From: a virus
Lineage: Duplodnaviria > Caudoviricetes
DNA length: 34,227 nt
Strand: one strand, 5' to 3'
IMG/VR virus record: IMGVR_UViG_3300044676_001658
Coordinates: 1 to 34,227 of that record
Shown: one piece after another, positions 26,456-34,227 of the stretch
Position numbering within the stretch: the first letter of the stretch is position 1
Layout: each line of letters starts with the position of its first letter
The notes under the pieces: generated by a model
What the model was told of the DNA's origin: nothing
The model's database searches: none
The model's input: the letters and a program-made list of their open reading frames with translations, nothing else
Position numbers and translations under genes: made by a program

Positions 26456-26659
26456 ATGGAAAACGTAGAAATAGATCGGATCATCAAAAGGCTGGAAGCG
26501 GTTAAAGAGCAGAACCGCATAATGGAAATGGGTGACTGCACAGACGAAAATGGCTTTAGCGATTTTTATCGTAGCTATTACAAACCAGCCGCATCACTCA
26601 AAGAAAACATCTTGATCGCGGTGCGTGATGATTTCAACGAATGGTATAAATCAGCTTGA
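26456..26659 (+). CDS. Hypothetical early protein (67 aa)
   Basis: AAGGGAG RBS; in-operon position. Confidence 0.65.
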   Translation: MENVEIDRIIKRLEAVKEQNRIMEMGDCTDENGFSDFYRSYYKPAASLKENILIAVRDDFNEWYKSA

Positions 26660-26671
26660 AGGGCTAATCCA

Positions 26672-27319
26672 ATGACTAAATACGTTGCTTACTATCGTGC
26701 GTCCACCAAACGCCAAGGCCAATCCGGCCTTGGCCTAGAGGCCCAGCAGGCGTTGGTGTCTGACTTCGCCAAAGACAATCCTATCATCGCTGAGTTCACT
26801 GAAGTCGAAAGTGGCCGCAATGACACGCGCCCGGTGATGGCCGAAGCGCTGGCCTACGCCAAGCAGTCTGACGCCATCCTAGTTGTTGCCAAGCAAGACC
26901 GCTTGGCCCGTAAAGTTTTATTCATCGCCCAACTAATTGAAAGTGGTGTGCCGTTTGTCATTGCCGACAACCCACACGCCGACAAGTTTCGTTTGCACAT
27001 TGAGGCGTGTATCAATGAGGATGAGGCTGAGAAGATCAGCAAGCGCACTAAGGACGCCCTCGCCGCCGCCAAGGCGCGTGGCGTCAAGCTTGGCTGTCCA
27101 AACCCACGCGCTGGCGGTCTGGCATCAGGTGCCGCCCGGCGCGAAAAGACACAGCGTGTTGCCGCAAAGGCAATGCCAATCATCACCGCCCTGCGCGATG
27201 CTGGTGCATCGCTACGGGCTGTGGCTACCAAGCTGAATGAGGCGGGTGTCCCGTCAGCTATGGGTGGTGCGTGGCATGCAACCAGTGTGCGTAACTTAAT
27301 CAATGCAATGGGAGACTAA
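26672..27319 (+). CDS. Serine recombinase (resolvase/invertase catalytic domain plus short recombinase-type DNA-binding domain)
   Basis: YYRAS(T)KRQ catalytic Ser motif, EVESG, AKQDRLAR, ISKRTKDALAAAKARGVKLG, C-terminal SLRAVA.KLNEAG......GAWHATSV. Confidence 0.92.
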   Translation: MTKYVAYYRASTKRQGQSGLGLEAQQALVSDFAKDNPIIAEFTEVESGRNDTRPVMAEALAYAKQSDAILVVAKQDRLARKVLFIAQLIESGVPFVIADNPHADKFRLHIEACINEDEAEKISKRTKDALAAAKARGVKLGCPNPRAGGLASGAARREKTQRVAAKAMPIITALRDAGASLRAVATKLNEAGVPSAMGGAWHATSVRNLINAMGD

Positions 27320-27321
27320 AA

Positions 27322-27444
27322 ATGGTCAAAGAATTTTTTGGGTTTATGTTTCTAATGACGGTGGCGATTGCTGGGTTTACCAACATCGTCACTGACGAAT
27401 ACAACGTGTGGGCCTTGATGGTCAAATTAGGGGGTACAAACTAA
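27322..27444 (+). CDS. Unannotated 40-aa membrane peptide
   Basis: GGGAG RBS; MVKEFFGFMFLMTVAIAGFTNIVTDEYNVWALMVKLGGTN*; TAATG-coupled to the exonuclease. Confidence 0.7.
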   Translation: MVKEFFGFMFLMTVAIAGFTNIVTDEYNVWALMVKLGGTN

Positions 27445-28400
27445 TGGTTGGAAAACTTACACCAGATTGGATGCTGTCGGCATCACGCATACCAGTGTTG
27501 CTGAATGCGTCACCGTATCAGACGCAGAATGATCTGCTGGCTGAGATGATCCGCATTGATGAGGGTGGTGAGCCAACGCGCATACCTCAGAATGAGATGA
27601 TGGCTTGGGGGGACAGGCTAGAAAAAATTGTCCTGACCGAAGCCGCCACCCGGCTGGGCCTGACCAATGTTGAGTTGGATTTCACTGAGGCGTTCAAGCA
27701 CGATCACCTGCCACTGGCCGCGTCACTTGATGGCGTTGGCTGTGGCAAGGGTGACATCATCGCAAACTTGAACAAGGGTATCTATACGCCGCTTGCATCC
27801 CGCGTTGATATCTCTGGCCTTGGCTGTCTTGAGGCCAAAACGACACAAGCAATGGCAGAAGATTTGCCGCCCAACCATCGCGGCGTGTTTCAGTTGCAGG
27901 CACAGATGATGTGTACCGGATACAAGTGGGGCGCTGTCTGTGTCCTGTATCGGGGCAGTGAGTTACGCACGTTTGTCTATCAGGCTGACCCGGCGGTGCA
28001 GTCCCGCATCATGCAGGCGGTGCATGACTTTGAGCAACGCCGCAAAAACAAAGACTGGTATGAGCCAGTCAGTGCCGAAGATGCGGCAACCGCATACAGC
28101 CGGGTGGACGATGCCGCACCGCCAATCGAACTGGCAAGCGAAGAGGCGCGTAACTGGCTGAACCAGCTAGTCGTAGCCAAGCGCAACAAGGCGGCGGCTG
28201 AACAGGACATCGATGAGGCCAGTGCCGCGATCATGCAGATTATGGGCAGTCACAAAGAGGCCATTGGCACAGTCGGCAATCAGATGATCAAGGTCAGTTG
28301 GCCGGAGCGCCGCTTTAAGGCACAGCCTGAGAGACTTGTCCCGGCCAAACCCGAAACAGTCATGCGTCAAAAAACTTTAACCATAAAGGAGTTGAACTAA
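27444..28400 (+). CDS. YqaJ / lambda-exonuclease-like recombination nuclease
   Basis: LSASRI...SPYQT, WGDRLE, ASLDG, LEAKT and QLQAQMMCTG motifs; start at ATG 27444. Confidence 0.9.
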   Translation: MVGKLTPDWMLSASRIPVLLNASPYQTQNDLLAEMIRIDEGGEPTRIPQNEMMAWGDRLEKIVLTEAATRLGLTNVELDFTEAFKHDHLPLAASLDGVGCGKGDIIANLNKGIYTPLASRVDISGLGCLEAKTTQAMAEDLPPNHRGVFQLQAQMMCTGYKWGAVCVLYRGSELRTFVYQADPAVQSRIMQAVHDFEQRRKNKDWYEPVSAEDAATAYSRVDDAAPPIELASEEARNWLNQLVVAKRNKAAAEQDIDEASAAIMQIMGSHKEAIGTVGNQMIKVSWPERRFKAQPERLVPAKPETVMRQKTLTIKELN

Positions 28401-28615
28401 TGCCCCGTCCACGCGATTTAAGCGCCACTGAGCGCGTCTATGATGCGATAGTATCATTCACTTCCAACAATCCCTACCCGCCGTCACAGACCGAAATAGC
28501 GGCAATGGTGGGCCGGAGCCGCACGGCAGTAGTCAAACACCTTGTGCATCTGACTGAGGCTGGCCGCATTGAGGTGCCACCCGGACGCCATCGCGGCATC
28601 AGGGTGGTCAAATGA
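28400..28615 (+). CDS. LexA-like winged-HTH DNA-binding protein (no peptidase domain)
   Basis: VYDAIVSF....PYPPSQTEIAAMVG.SRTAVVKHL..L...GRI...PG.HRGIRV matches the LexA N-terminal domain. Confidence 0.85.
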   Translation: MPRPRDLSATERVYDAIVSFTSNNPYPPSQTEIAAMVGRSRTAVVKHLVHLTEAGRIEVPPGRHRGIRVVK

Positions 28616-28755
28616 GGGTGCCAACCAAAGAAGAGATCAAGCGTGACCTGCGAATACCAAAGGTCACGCCGCCGCTCGACAGGCTAGGCCGGACGAACAG
28701 GCCAACCACCACAAAAAATATGATGCTAAAAATCAGGGTGAAGGGGCAACGCTAG
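28612..28755 (+). CDS. Unannotated 47-aa basic protein
   Basis: ATGA-coupled to the LexA-like gene; MRVPTKEEIKRDLRIPKVTPPLDRLGRTNRPTTTKNMMLKIRVKGQR*. Confidence 0.6.
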   Translation: MRVPTKEEIKRDLRIPKVTPPLDRLGRTNRPTTTKNMMLKIRVKGQR

Positions 28756-28769
28756 TTGCCCTTTTTTTT
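28741..28769 (+). terminator. Rho-independent terminator at the convergence of the two transcription directions
   Basis: GGGCAAC-GCTA-GTTGCCC followed by an 8-T run. Confidence 0.75.
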
Positions 28770-29120
28770 ATTCTGGAAACTTTCCAGCGCCCCGGCACCA
28801 AAGTAAAAACCAAGAATGATCATCATCGCATAGTTGATGCTGAACTGTTCCATCACCTTGGTCACCGCGTCTGGGTCACCCGTGCCAGCGATAGTCATAG
28901 TCAGCACAATGATGTAGCTGACTAAGAACGTGAAGCCAAACATCAGGGCGAGGTAACGCTGTGCCAGTTTGAATGGCGCGTATGCGTTCATCAAATCAAT
29001 CCGGGCCTTACTCTTGGCCGCGATCTCTTCCTCAGTCGATGTGTGCATGTCATCAATAAGCTTCATGCCCTGCTTGATGACGCTGTCAGATCCCAAGATT
29101 TTACCTAGTACAGCTAGCAT
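28752..29120 (-). CDS. Putative holin (3TM-holin-like)
   Basis: Amphipathic N-terminus, two hydrophobic helices, ILGFYFG motif and basic C-terminus; directly after the endolysin. Confidence 0.7.
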   Translation of the reverse strand: MLAVLGKILGSDSVIKQGMKLIDDMHTSTEEEIAAKSKARIDLMNAYAPFKLAQRYLALMFGFTFLVSYIIVLTMTIAGTGDPDAVTKVMEQFSINYAMMIILGFYFGAGALESFQNKKKGN

Positions 29121-29492
29121 TTAATAACTCCATACGTTGGGGCGTGGGCCACCTTTGAATGTATCCAAATGCAGAAAACGGCCTGACCCTTTCTGGGCCA
29201 CGCCAATGCCAGTGAAGCCGTGCTTGAATGCCAGCTTCATCAGGTCATAGCAATCAGTCCCAGCAACGGCCACGTCAACGGCAATGCCTCTTGTATGCAC
29301 ACCCGGCGCCGCCTTGCTTGCCTCAACGCTGTGTTGCGGTGAGCGGTAGGCGCTGGTGATTGTCATAGGCTTGCCGTACTCATCGCGCAACGCCTGCAAT
29401 TTCTGCATAAAATTTTCAGACATTTTGCAATCGCCAGTCTCACTGCATCGCATCTCTGCCTCACTGAAACTTGGGTAGTCTTTCCAATTCAT
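29121..29492 (-). CDS. Endolysin, peptidase M15 family (Zn D-Ala-D-Ala-type peptidase)
   Basis: ITSAYRS..H, H..GIAVD and GIG......FLHLD zinc-ligand motifs. Confidence 0.9.
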   Translation of the reverse strand: MNWKDYPSFSEAEMRCSETGDCKMSENFMQKLQALRDEYGKPMTITSAYRSPQHSVEASKAAPGVHTRGIAVDVAVAGTDCYDLMKLAFKHGFTGIGVAQKGSGRFLHLDTFKGGPRPNVWSY

Positions 29493-29902
29493 GATCTCAT
29501 CTCCAAAACTGCCGAAACCATTTTATCCCAGCTATCCATTTCCGCCCGGCGCGTAAATGCGTCCGGCGACAAACGCCGCGTCTTGAACGACACTGATGTG
29601 ATGGGCAACCACAGAACAAGTCGCTTGTCGGGGTTACATAAGGCCAAGGCATCGCAGTCGTTCCTATTCAATAATCTTTTACCTGATCCGCCCTTGCCAC
29701 AATTGAAATGGTGGGCGGGTGTTTTGTATCCTATGCCCTTGCATATGTTGGCCGTCTTGACCTCAATGCGTATGAACTGGTCACCCTGCCAAGCCAACAG
29801 ATCACATCCATCTTGGGGACAGTGCGACACGCTCCAGCCGTTGTCGATCACCGAAGCCGCCGCGATCATCTCGCCCATAAGGCCAGTGGTGGTTGCTGTC
29901 AC
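29489..29902 (-). CDS. PD-(D/E)xK endonuclease-like protein
   Basis: G..GE..A......GW.V.......DLL........IEVKT. Confidence 0.75.
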   Translation of the reverse strand: MTATTTGLMGEMIAAASVIDNGWSVSHCPQDGCDLLAWQGDQFIRIEVKTANICKGIGYKTPAHHFNCGKGGSGKRLLNRNDCDALALCNPDKRLVLWLPITSVSFKTRRLSPDAFTRRAEMDSWDKMVSAVLEMRS

Positions 29903-30372
29903 CTAGTCGCCATCCATAGTATAGCTAGCAATGCCGCCGCTGTCGCAGTACCCAACACAACAGCCCCAATAATTTCTATAAGCTTTTGCCTCATCTCTTG
30001 TTGCTTGTAAATCATCTCTTGCCGCTCACGCCGTATTCGCCCCTCAAGCTGGATCAGATCGGCCCAAGCTTGTGGGCCGTAGGTCATGTTGAGAAATGTC
30101 TTTAACTCCTGTCGTTGGGCCTCTAATCGCTTTTTGGCGGCGTAGGCATTTAGCGCGGCGGCTTCAACGCTGTCGCCTGACATTATCTTTTTAAACAGGG
30201 GTGGGTTCTGTGATTGCTTGACGGCCTGATCAATGTCACTGGCACACTTCATCCAGCGCGACACATCTGTGATACAGCTTTCCAAATCCCGGCCTGCTGA
30301 AATCATTTGCTTTACGGTATTGAATGCGGCGGTGGCCCCGCTGATGGCCGCGCCTATTGTGATGGGATCCAT
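29899..30372 (-). CDS. Coiled-coil protein with a C-terminal transmembrane anchor
   Basis: MDPITI..A...ATAAFN.VK N-terminus; hydrophobic C-terminal IIGAVVLGTATAAALLAILW. Confidence 0.7.
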   Translation of the reverse strand: MDPITIGAAISGATAAFNTVKQMISAGRDLESCITDVSRWMKCASDIDQAVKQSQNPPLFKKIMSGDSVEAAALNAYAAKKRLEAQRQELKTFLNMTYGPQAWADLIQLEGRIRRERQEMIYKQQEMRQKLIEIIGAVVLGTATAAALLAILWMATR

Positions 30373-30578
30373 TGTGTCAATCGCCCTTCTCTCAGCGGCT
30401 CACAACGCCAAGCTGTTGCGACTAAGCCATTGTCAATCTCACCAACAGACCGCGCCATTTCCATACAACGGCGCTTGCAACTTTCCCGGTCAGGCCAAGT
30501 CGGCCCCCTAGTATCCCAAAATTCGACACATTGTGACGGGTCAGAAATCAGACACGCTAATACAATTGCCTTAAACAT
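30354..30578 (-). CDS. Small Cys-rich, possibly exported protein
   Basis: 74 aa, short hydrophobic N-terminus, five Cys; overlaps both neighbours. Confidence 0.6.
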   Translation of the reverse strand: MFKAIVLACLISDPSQCVEFWDTRGPTWPDRESCKRRCMEMARSVGEIDNGLVATAWRCEPLREGRLTQWIPSQ

Positions 30579-30738
30579 CTTGCTTGAATAGCTTTTGAAC
30601 CGTATCGGTTTCCCATATCCGTATCAAAACCCACAAGCCAGTGAACACAGCCACCACATCTGGTGCCATCTCAAGCCAAGCCGCTACTGTGCCTGTGCCA
30701 GCCGCTACATCAACGATGACTTTTTGTTCCTCGTTCAT
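30571..30738 (-). CDS. Unannotated 55-aa membrane protein (holin-like)
   Basis: MNEEQKVIVDVAAGTGTVAAWLEMAPDVVAVFTGLWVLIRIWETDTVQKLFKQDV*; AAGGA upstream; fills the gap at the start of the lysis cassette. Confidence 0.75.
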   Translation of the reverse strand: MNEEQKVIVDVAAGTGTVAAWLEMAPDVVAVFTGLWVLIRIWETDTVQKLFKQDV

Positions 30739-30750
30739 CAATTTGCATCC

Positions 30751-31245
30751 TTATGTAGCGTGTATCAAATAACCGTTAAACCAAGAAACGTTTGGCGAAA
30801 CGTTATCGTGAATGATTGTTGCTTCGTCTGTAAAAAACTCTACCTCAACATAATCTGTTGTCCCATTCATTTGGTGCATAACAACAGGGCCAGCATAAGT
30901 GCCGCCTATGAATTGGTCTAAATCAGTTTGTATTTGTGTGTAATACTGGTCTGTACCATTCTTTGTTATGTAAATTACAATGTATTCGTGGATACCAGAA
31001 AAAGCCCCCCTGATAGCTGTGCTAAACATATACCAGCCAGCAACTTGTGGTGTATACCTATGGTTTGTTGCATCCCAATAACTACCAGTATCTAATACAG
31101 GTGTTGCGTCCCATTGAACTTTAGTGAGAGTGGTTGCAGAAATTGATTGGTCTAAGTCAGTCCCTGTAACTTGAAACGATAATTGTTTTGGCTGTATTAA
31201 ACCACCACTTCCAATTAAATTTGCAACGTCTCTTGACCTACTCAT
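30751..31245 (-). CDS. C1q-like domain tail/receptor-binding protein
   Basis: KVQWD....DTGSYWD.TNHRYTPQVAGWYMFS...NGTTDYVEV...SWFNGYLI matches the C1q/TNF-like jelly roll. Confidence 0.75.
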   Translation of the reverse strand: MSRSRDVANLIGSGGLIQPKQLSFQVTGTDLDQSISATTLTKVQWDATPVLDTGSYWDATNHRYTPQVAGWYMFSTAIRGAFSGIHEYIVIYITKNGTDQYYTQIQTDLDQFIGGTYAGPVVMHQMNGTTDYVEVEFFTDEATIIHDNVSPNVSWFNGYLIHAT

Positions 31246-31247
31246 CT

Positions 31248-31793
31248 CTACACCTCATCAGGCCAATCATTGATTGGCGCATTTCCAGTTGGGTTTCCAT
31301 CTGCATCCACTGGCACATCCCATAATGCCATAAATACGTTGATATCACTAGCCGCATCTATCGCCGCTTCAATCGTGTTGCTGGCTGTACGCACATCAGC
31401 ACGATACTGAGTGACCGCAGACGGTACGCTGTAATCAGCTACCTCAGTTGCCTTGATAACTTGCCAGTCACTAAACGCAAGCAGTGATGCCGCTGTTATT
31501 TTTGTCTGTGCTTTGTATACTGATTTGAGGCCAAGTGTCACAACCTGTTCGCCATCTTGCATTAATGGGTTGCCATCTTCATCAACCTCATTCACATCAT
31601 CCAATGCCTTTGGCAAGTCAGCCGCCCAATAGAAACGGCTATCAAACGGTGCTGGGTCATCTTCCCACACAAGGCCCATAGTTACCTTGTATTCATCTGA
31701 CCACCGCATCCACGTTGCAGGGTGGGTGATGTTGTTATCATCTTGCCAGCTTCTGCCAGCGCGGATGATTTTACCATTGTATTTATATGCCAT
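31248..31793 (-). CDS. Tail fibre assembly chaperone-like protein
   Basis: LLAFSDWQVIK......VTQYRADVR...WP C-terminal motif; directly after the fibre gene. Confidence 0.7.
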   Translation of the reverse strand: MAYKYNGKIIRAGRSWQDDNNITHPATWMRWSDEYKVTMGLVWEDDPAPFDSRFYWAADLPKALDDVNEVDEDGNPLMQDGEQVVTLGLKSVYKAQTKITAASLLAFSDWQVIKATEVADYSVPSAVTQYRADVRTASNTIEAAIDAASDINVFMALWDVPVDADGNPTGNAPINDWPDEV

Positions 31794-31803
31794 TGGTTAT
31801 CTC

Positions 31804-34227
31804 CTATCTGGCGTTGGCGTATTTGAATGGGGCTTCGGCAAAGGCGAGGTAGATGTAGGTCAGGCCACTGCCATTCCATTCACCGTTGGTTGTGTTTACT
31901 TTGAAGCCGTTACTTAGTAACTGAATAGCATTAACGCCACTATCTGCCGCCTCTACGTTGGTTAAGTTTGCCGCTAAATACGCACCCGTCCCAATACTGT
32001 AATTCATTTGCGGTGAACGTGCAGAATCATACATCCACCATCTGCCCGTTTGGTCTATCGCCTTGCCCATCACGAAAGACGGCGCAAATCCTGTGAAAAC
32101 AAAGGGGCCGTTTGTTCCACTAGAATTACCTTCGTATGACCCGACCTTGCTGAAGCCTTCAACGCTTTTAAAAACATACGCCACATAATCGTCTGGGGTT
32201 CCATTCACCCTTCCAATACCAACACCGCCGTTTTTCAATGTAATTGTTGACGTACCTAATTGCTGATATCCAGTAGTTGGTGAAAATTCAGCCGCAGTGG
32301 TGTCTAAATTTAATGATGTTCCGCTAGTAAACCCACTCCAGCACACATCCCAATTTGTTCCACTATCTCTATTTTTTACAATAGAAAACTCTGGGTCTGT
32401 AAGTCCGTGACCAACAGTTGCCCCATCCGCATTATTGCCGACCCAAGTGACCACGCTAAAACCTGCATCTGGATTAGCCGATACACTTGACGTAATACTG
32501 CCATTGGTGTTGCTTACGGCTGTGCCGCCAGCTTTCCAGTTCCAAGCGGCGTAGGTGCTTCCACTATTGTTTATATTAGCATTAGTTCCTAGCGTAAAAC
32601 CATCACTGTCAAATGACGTTAAACCCTGTGCCTGTGTGCTTTCTGCGCCAGTTGTGTTGCTTGATAATTGTTTTGTTGCGCCACGCACAATGTCCCAAAG
32701 CACATTATTATATGCAGATGACCTACTTTTAATCCAAGTAAAGTCGCTTTGAAAATTAACGCCAGTGATGCTGTTGCTTGCGCCTGTGCCACTATACAGC
32801 ACCGTATTAAAGTGTTCGTCACTCGCTGTGGTGCTGTTCGGGCCGATTGCTGGTTCGTCAAGGTTGGATGTGCAGAGGGCTAAGAAGCCGGACGGTGGGG
32901 CATAGAAAAAGTCACCAACACCATTACCATCTGCATTGCCGCCAGCGGTTTTATTGCCAGCAAAAGTGCTATCCTGACCAAAGTTCCATACTTGAATAGT
33001 CGTTGCGTTTGTTCCACCGCCCATCCCCCCAGCAGGGAAGTATTCTTGCGTGGCTGATATAGAGGTTGTAAACTGTAGGGCGTTGTCTTTATAAAATTTT
33101 GCCTCATTAGCATCACGGTCTATAGCAATTCCTAATACAGTATGTTTTGTTGTGCCAAAAGAACCTGATTCTGCTGATTCAACACCCGCAATAAATTTTC
33201 TAATATAGTAATTTGAACCGCTATAATTACTCCAACTTGCGCCATAAGTATTAGAGTTACTGCTTCCTCCTCTGCCATCACCAGATGAATTAGTTGTTAT
33301 GCCTGTAATTCCATTCCACATTTCTTGGGCTAAATCAGCAAAACAATAACACTCCCAATACCATTTGCCCGTTGCAGGAACTGCAAAACTAGCCTTGCCG
33401 CCCAGATTATTACCCACCTCAGTTATTTTTAGGTTTGCTTCGGAAATAGCTGACGTAGTGATTGTTGGGTCTAACAGATTTATTGTCGGGAACACATTAG
33501 TGGGTGAATCCAACACGACATCGCTTGCGGCTAGGTTGTTTGCAGTCCAGTCATTGGTGTTGCCAGATAGGTCATCGCCTATCGCCGCACTATCTGCGAA
33601 TGACAGGTAGAAGCCGTTAGTGCCATAGCTACCGCTGTACTGCTTTGGCACCCAGATGCCGTTGATGGTTTCACCGAAGCTGGTGGCGTCTAGGGCAGTA
33701 CCGTCAATGTAATGAAATTCTGCAAGATATCCGTCAAATGAATTTGCTGAATTACTGTTACTTATGGTAAAACTTGTACGACTATCATAACCAAGCATAT
33801 CCCAGCTTCTGCCAGCAACTAAAGAACCTACAGATACTGTTTGCGCTTGTTCTACACCGTTAATATAAAACTTGATTGTTCCAGCGGTTCCATCAACAGA
33901 TACAACGCAATGATACCAAGATGATGAGTCACGCAACAAAGCATCTGTTTGAACAATCACTTGTGTGTTACTGGAATCAAACCCATTTGTTGCTAGTTTT
34001 CCAGAACGTAATTGTATGCCACCAGCCCCAGTACTTTCAAAATAAATGTTTTCTTGTGACTTGCTGGGGACATTACCTAGTTTCATCCACCAAGAAAACG
34101 TACCTAATGCTGTGCTTGTACCAGAACCGCCATAGGTTTGTGTTAGATTTGGCCCATCGTCATCATTAAACCGCAAAGACTGGTCAATGAGATATGGGTA
34201 AAACCCAGATGCCGGAGTGTACATCCA
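31804..34227 (-). CDS. Tail fibre / receptor-binding protein with LamG (ConA-like) and SPRY-like domains; 5' end probably beyond the window
   Basis: SLRFNDDD, WYHCVVSVD, FDGYLAEFHYIDG, YGTNGFYL.F, GKWYWE, NFGQD..F, PSGFLALC, DFTWIKSR and YIYLAFAE.PFKYANAR. The frame is open to the window end (W precedes the called Met). Confidence 0.85.
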   Translation of the reverse strand, partial: WMYTPASGFYPYLIDQSLRFNDDDGPNLTQTYGGSGTSTALGTFSWWMKLGNVPSKSQENIYFESTGAGGIQLRSGKLATNGFDSSNTQVIVQTDALLRDSSSWYHCVVSVDGTAGTIKFYINGVEQAQTVSVGSLVAGRSWDMLGYDSRTSFTISNSNSANSFDGYLAEFHYIDGTALDATSFGETINGIWVPKQYSGSYGTNGFYLSFADSAAIGDDLSGNTNDWTANNLAASDVVLDSPTNVFPTINLLDPTITTSAISEANLKITEVGNNLGGKASFAVPATGKWYWECYCFADLAQEMWNGITGITTNSSGDGRGGSSNSNTYGASWSNYSGSNYYIRKFIAGVESAESGSFGTTKHTVLGIAIDRDANEAKFYKDNALQFTTSISATQEYFPAGGMGGGTNATTIQVWNFGQDSTFAGNKTAGGNADGNGVGDFFYAPPSGFLALCTSNLDEPAIGPNSTTASDEHFNTVLYSGTGASNSITGVNFQSDFTWIKSRSSAYNNVLWDIVRGATKQLSSNTTGAESTQAQGLTSFDSDGFTLGTNANINNSGSTYAAWNWKAGGTAVSNTNGSITSSVSANPDAGFSVVTWVGNNADGATVGHGLTDPEFSIVKNRDSGTNWDVCWSGFTSGTSLNLDTTAAEFSPTTGYQQLGTSTITLKNGGVGIGRVNGTPDDYVAYVFKSVEGFSKVGSYEGNSSGTNGPFVFTGFAPSFVMGKAIDQTGRWWMYDSARSPQMNYSIGTGAYLAANLTNVEAADSGVNAIQLLSNGFKVNTTNGEWNGSGLTYIYLAFAEAPFKYANAR

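Noticed and set aside
30354-30578. o-spanin lipoprotein call from VLAC
   Set aside because: The Cys is at residue 9, too early for a normal lipoprotein signal peptide, and the protein is not Pro-rich.
1-34227. Diversity-generating retroelement, suggested by the BPP-1-like head/tail genes
   Set aside because: No reverse transcriptase ORF and no template/variable repeat pair seen. It cannot be excluded in the missing segment.
1-34227. CRISPR array, tRNA or rRNA genes
   Set aside because: Intergenic gaps are short. I saw no regularly spaced repeats or cloverleaf with T-loop consensus.

Overview
The window is most of a dsDNA podovirus genome (about 34 kb), cut at both ends inside the tail-fibre region. 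It has a T7-like short-tail virion module: terminase, portal, Bbp19-like protein, scaffold, major capsid, cement-like protein, tail tubular A/B, internal (ejection) proteins and tail fibres. The gene order resembles BPP-1/HTVC010P-type phages, and no DNA or RNA polymerase is visible. Replication genes are a Toprim primase-RepA/AAA_25 helicase fusion, an SSB-like protein, a Holliday junction resolvase and a winged-HTH protein, with an origin-like repeat cluster directly after the primase-helicase. A short divergent + strand operon (serine recombinase, YqaJ exonuclease, LexA-like HTH) converges on the lysis cassette (M15 peptidase endolysin, holin-like proteins). The most notable observation is a HhH-GPD/Ogg2-like DNA glycosylase-lyase domain, with intact-looking catalytic Lys/Asp, fused to the C-terminal half of a predicted ejection protein and followed by an unannotated overlapping 47-aa ORF. 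This is a candidate virion-delivered DNA-attacking or DNA-repair effector with a partner or immunity gene. Several other small ORFs missed by the ORF track and some structured regulatory elements are also reported. All family calls come from motif recognition and synteny by eye; no searches were run.
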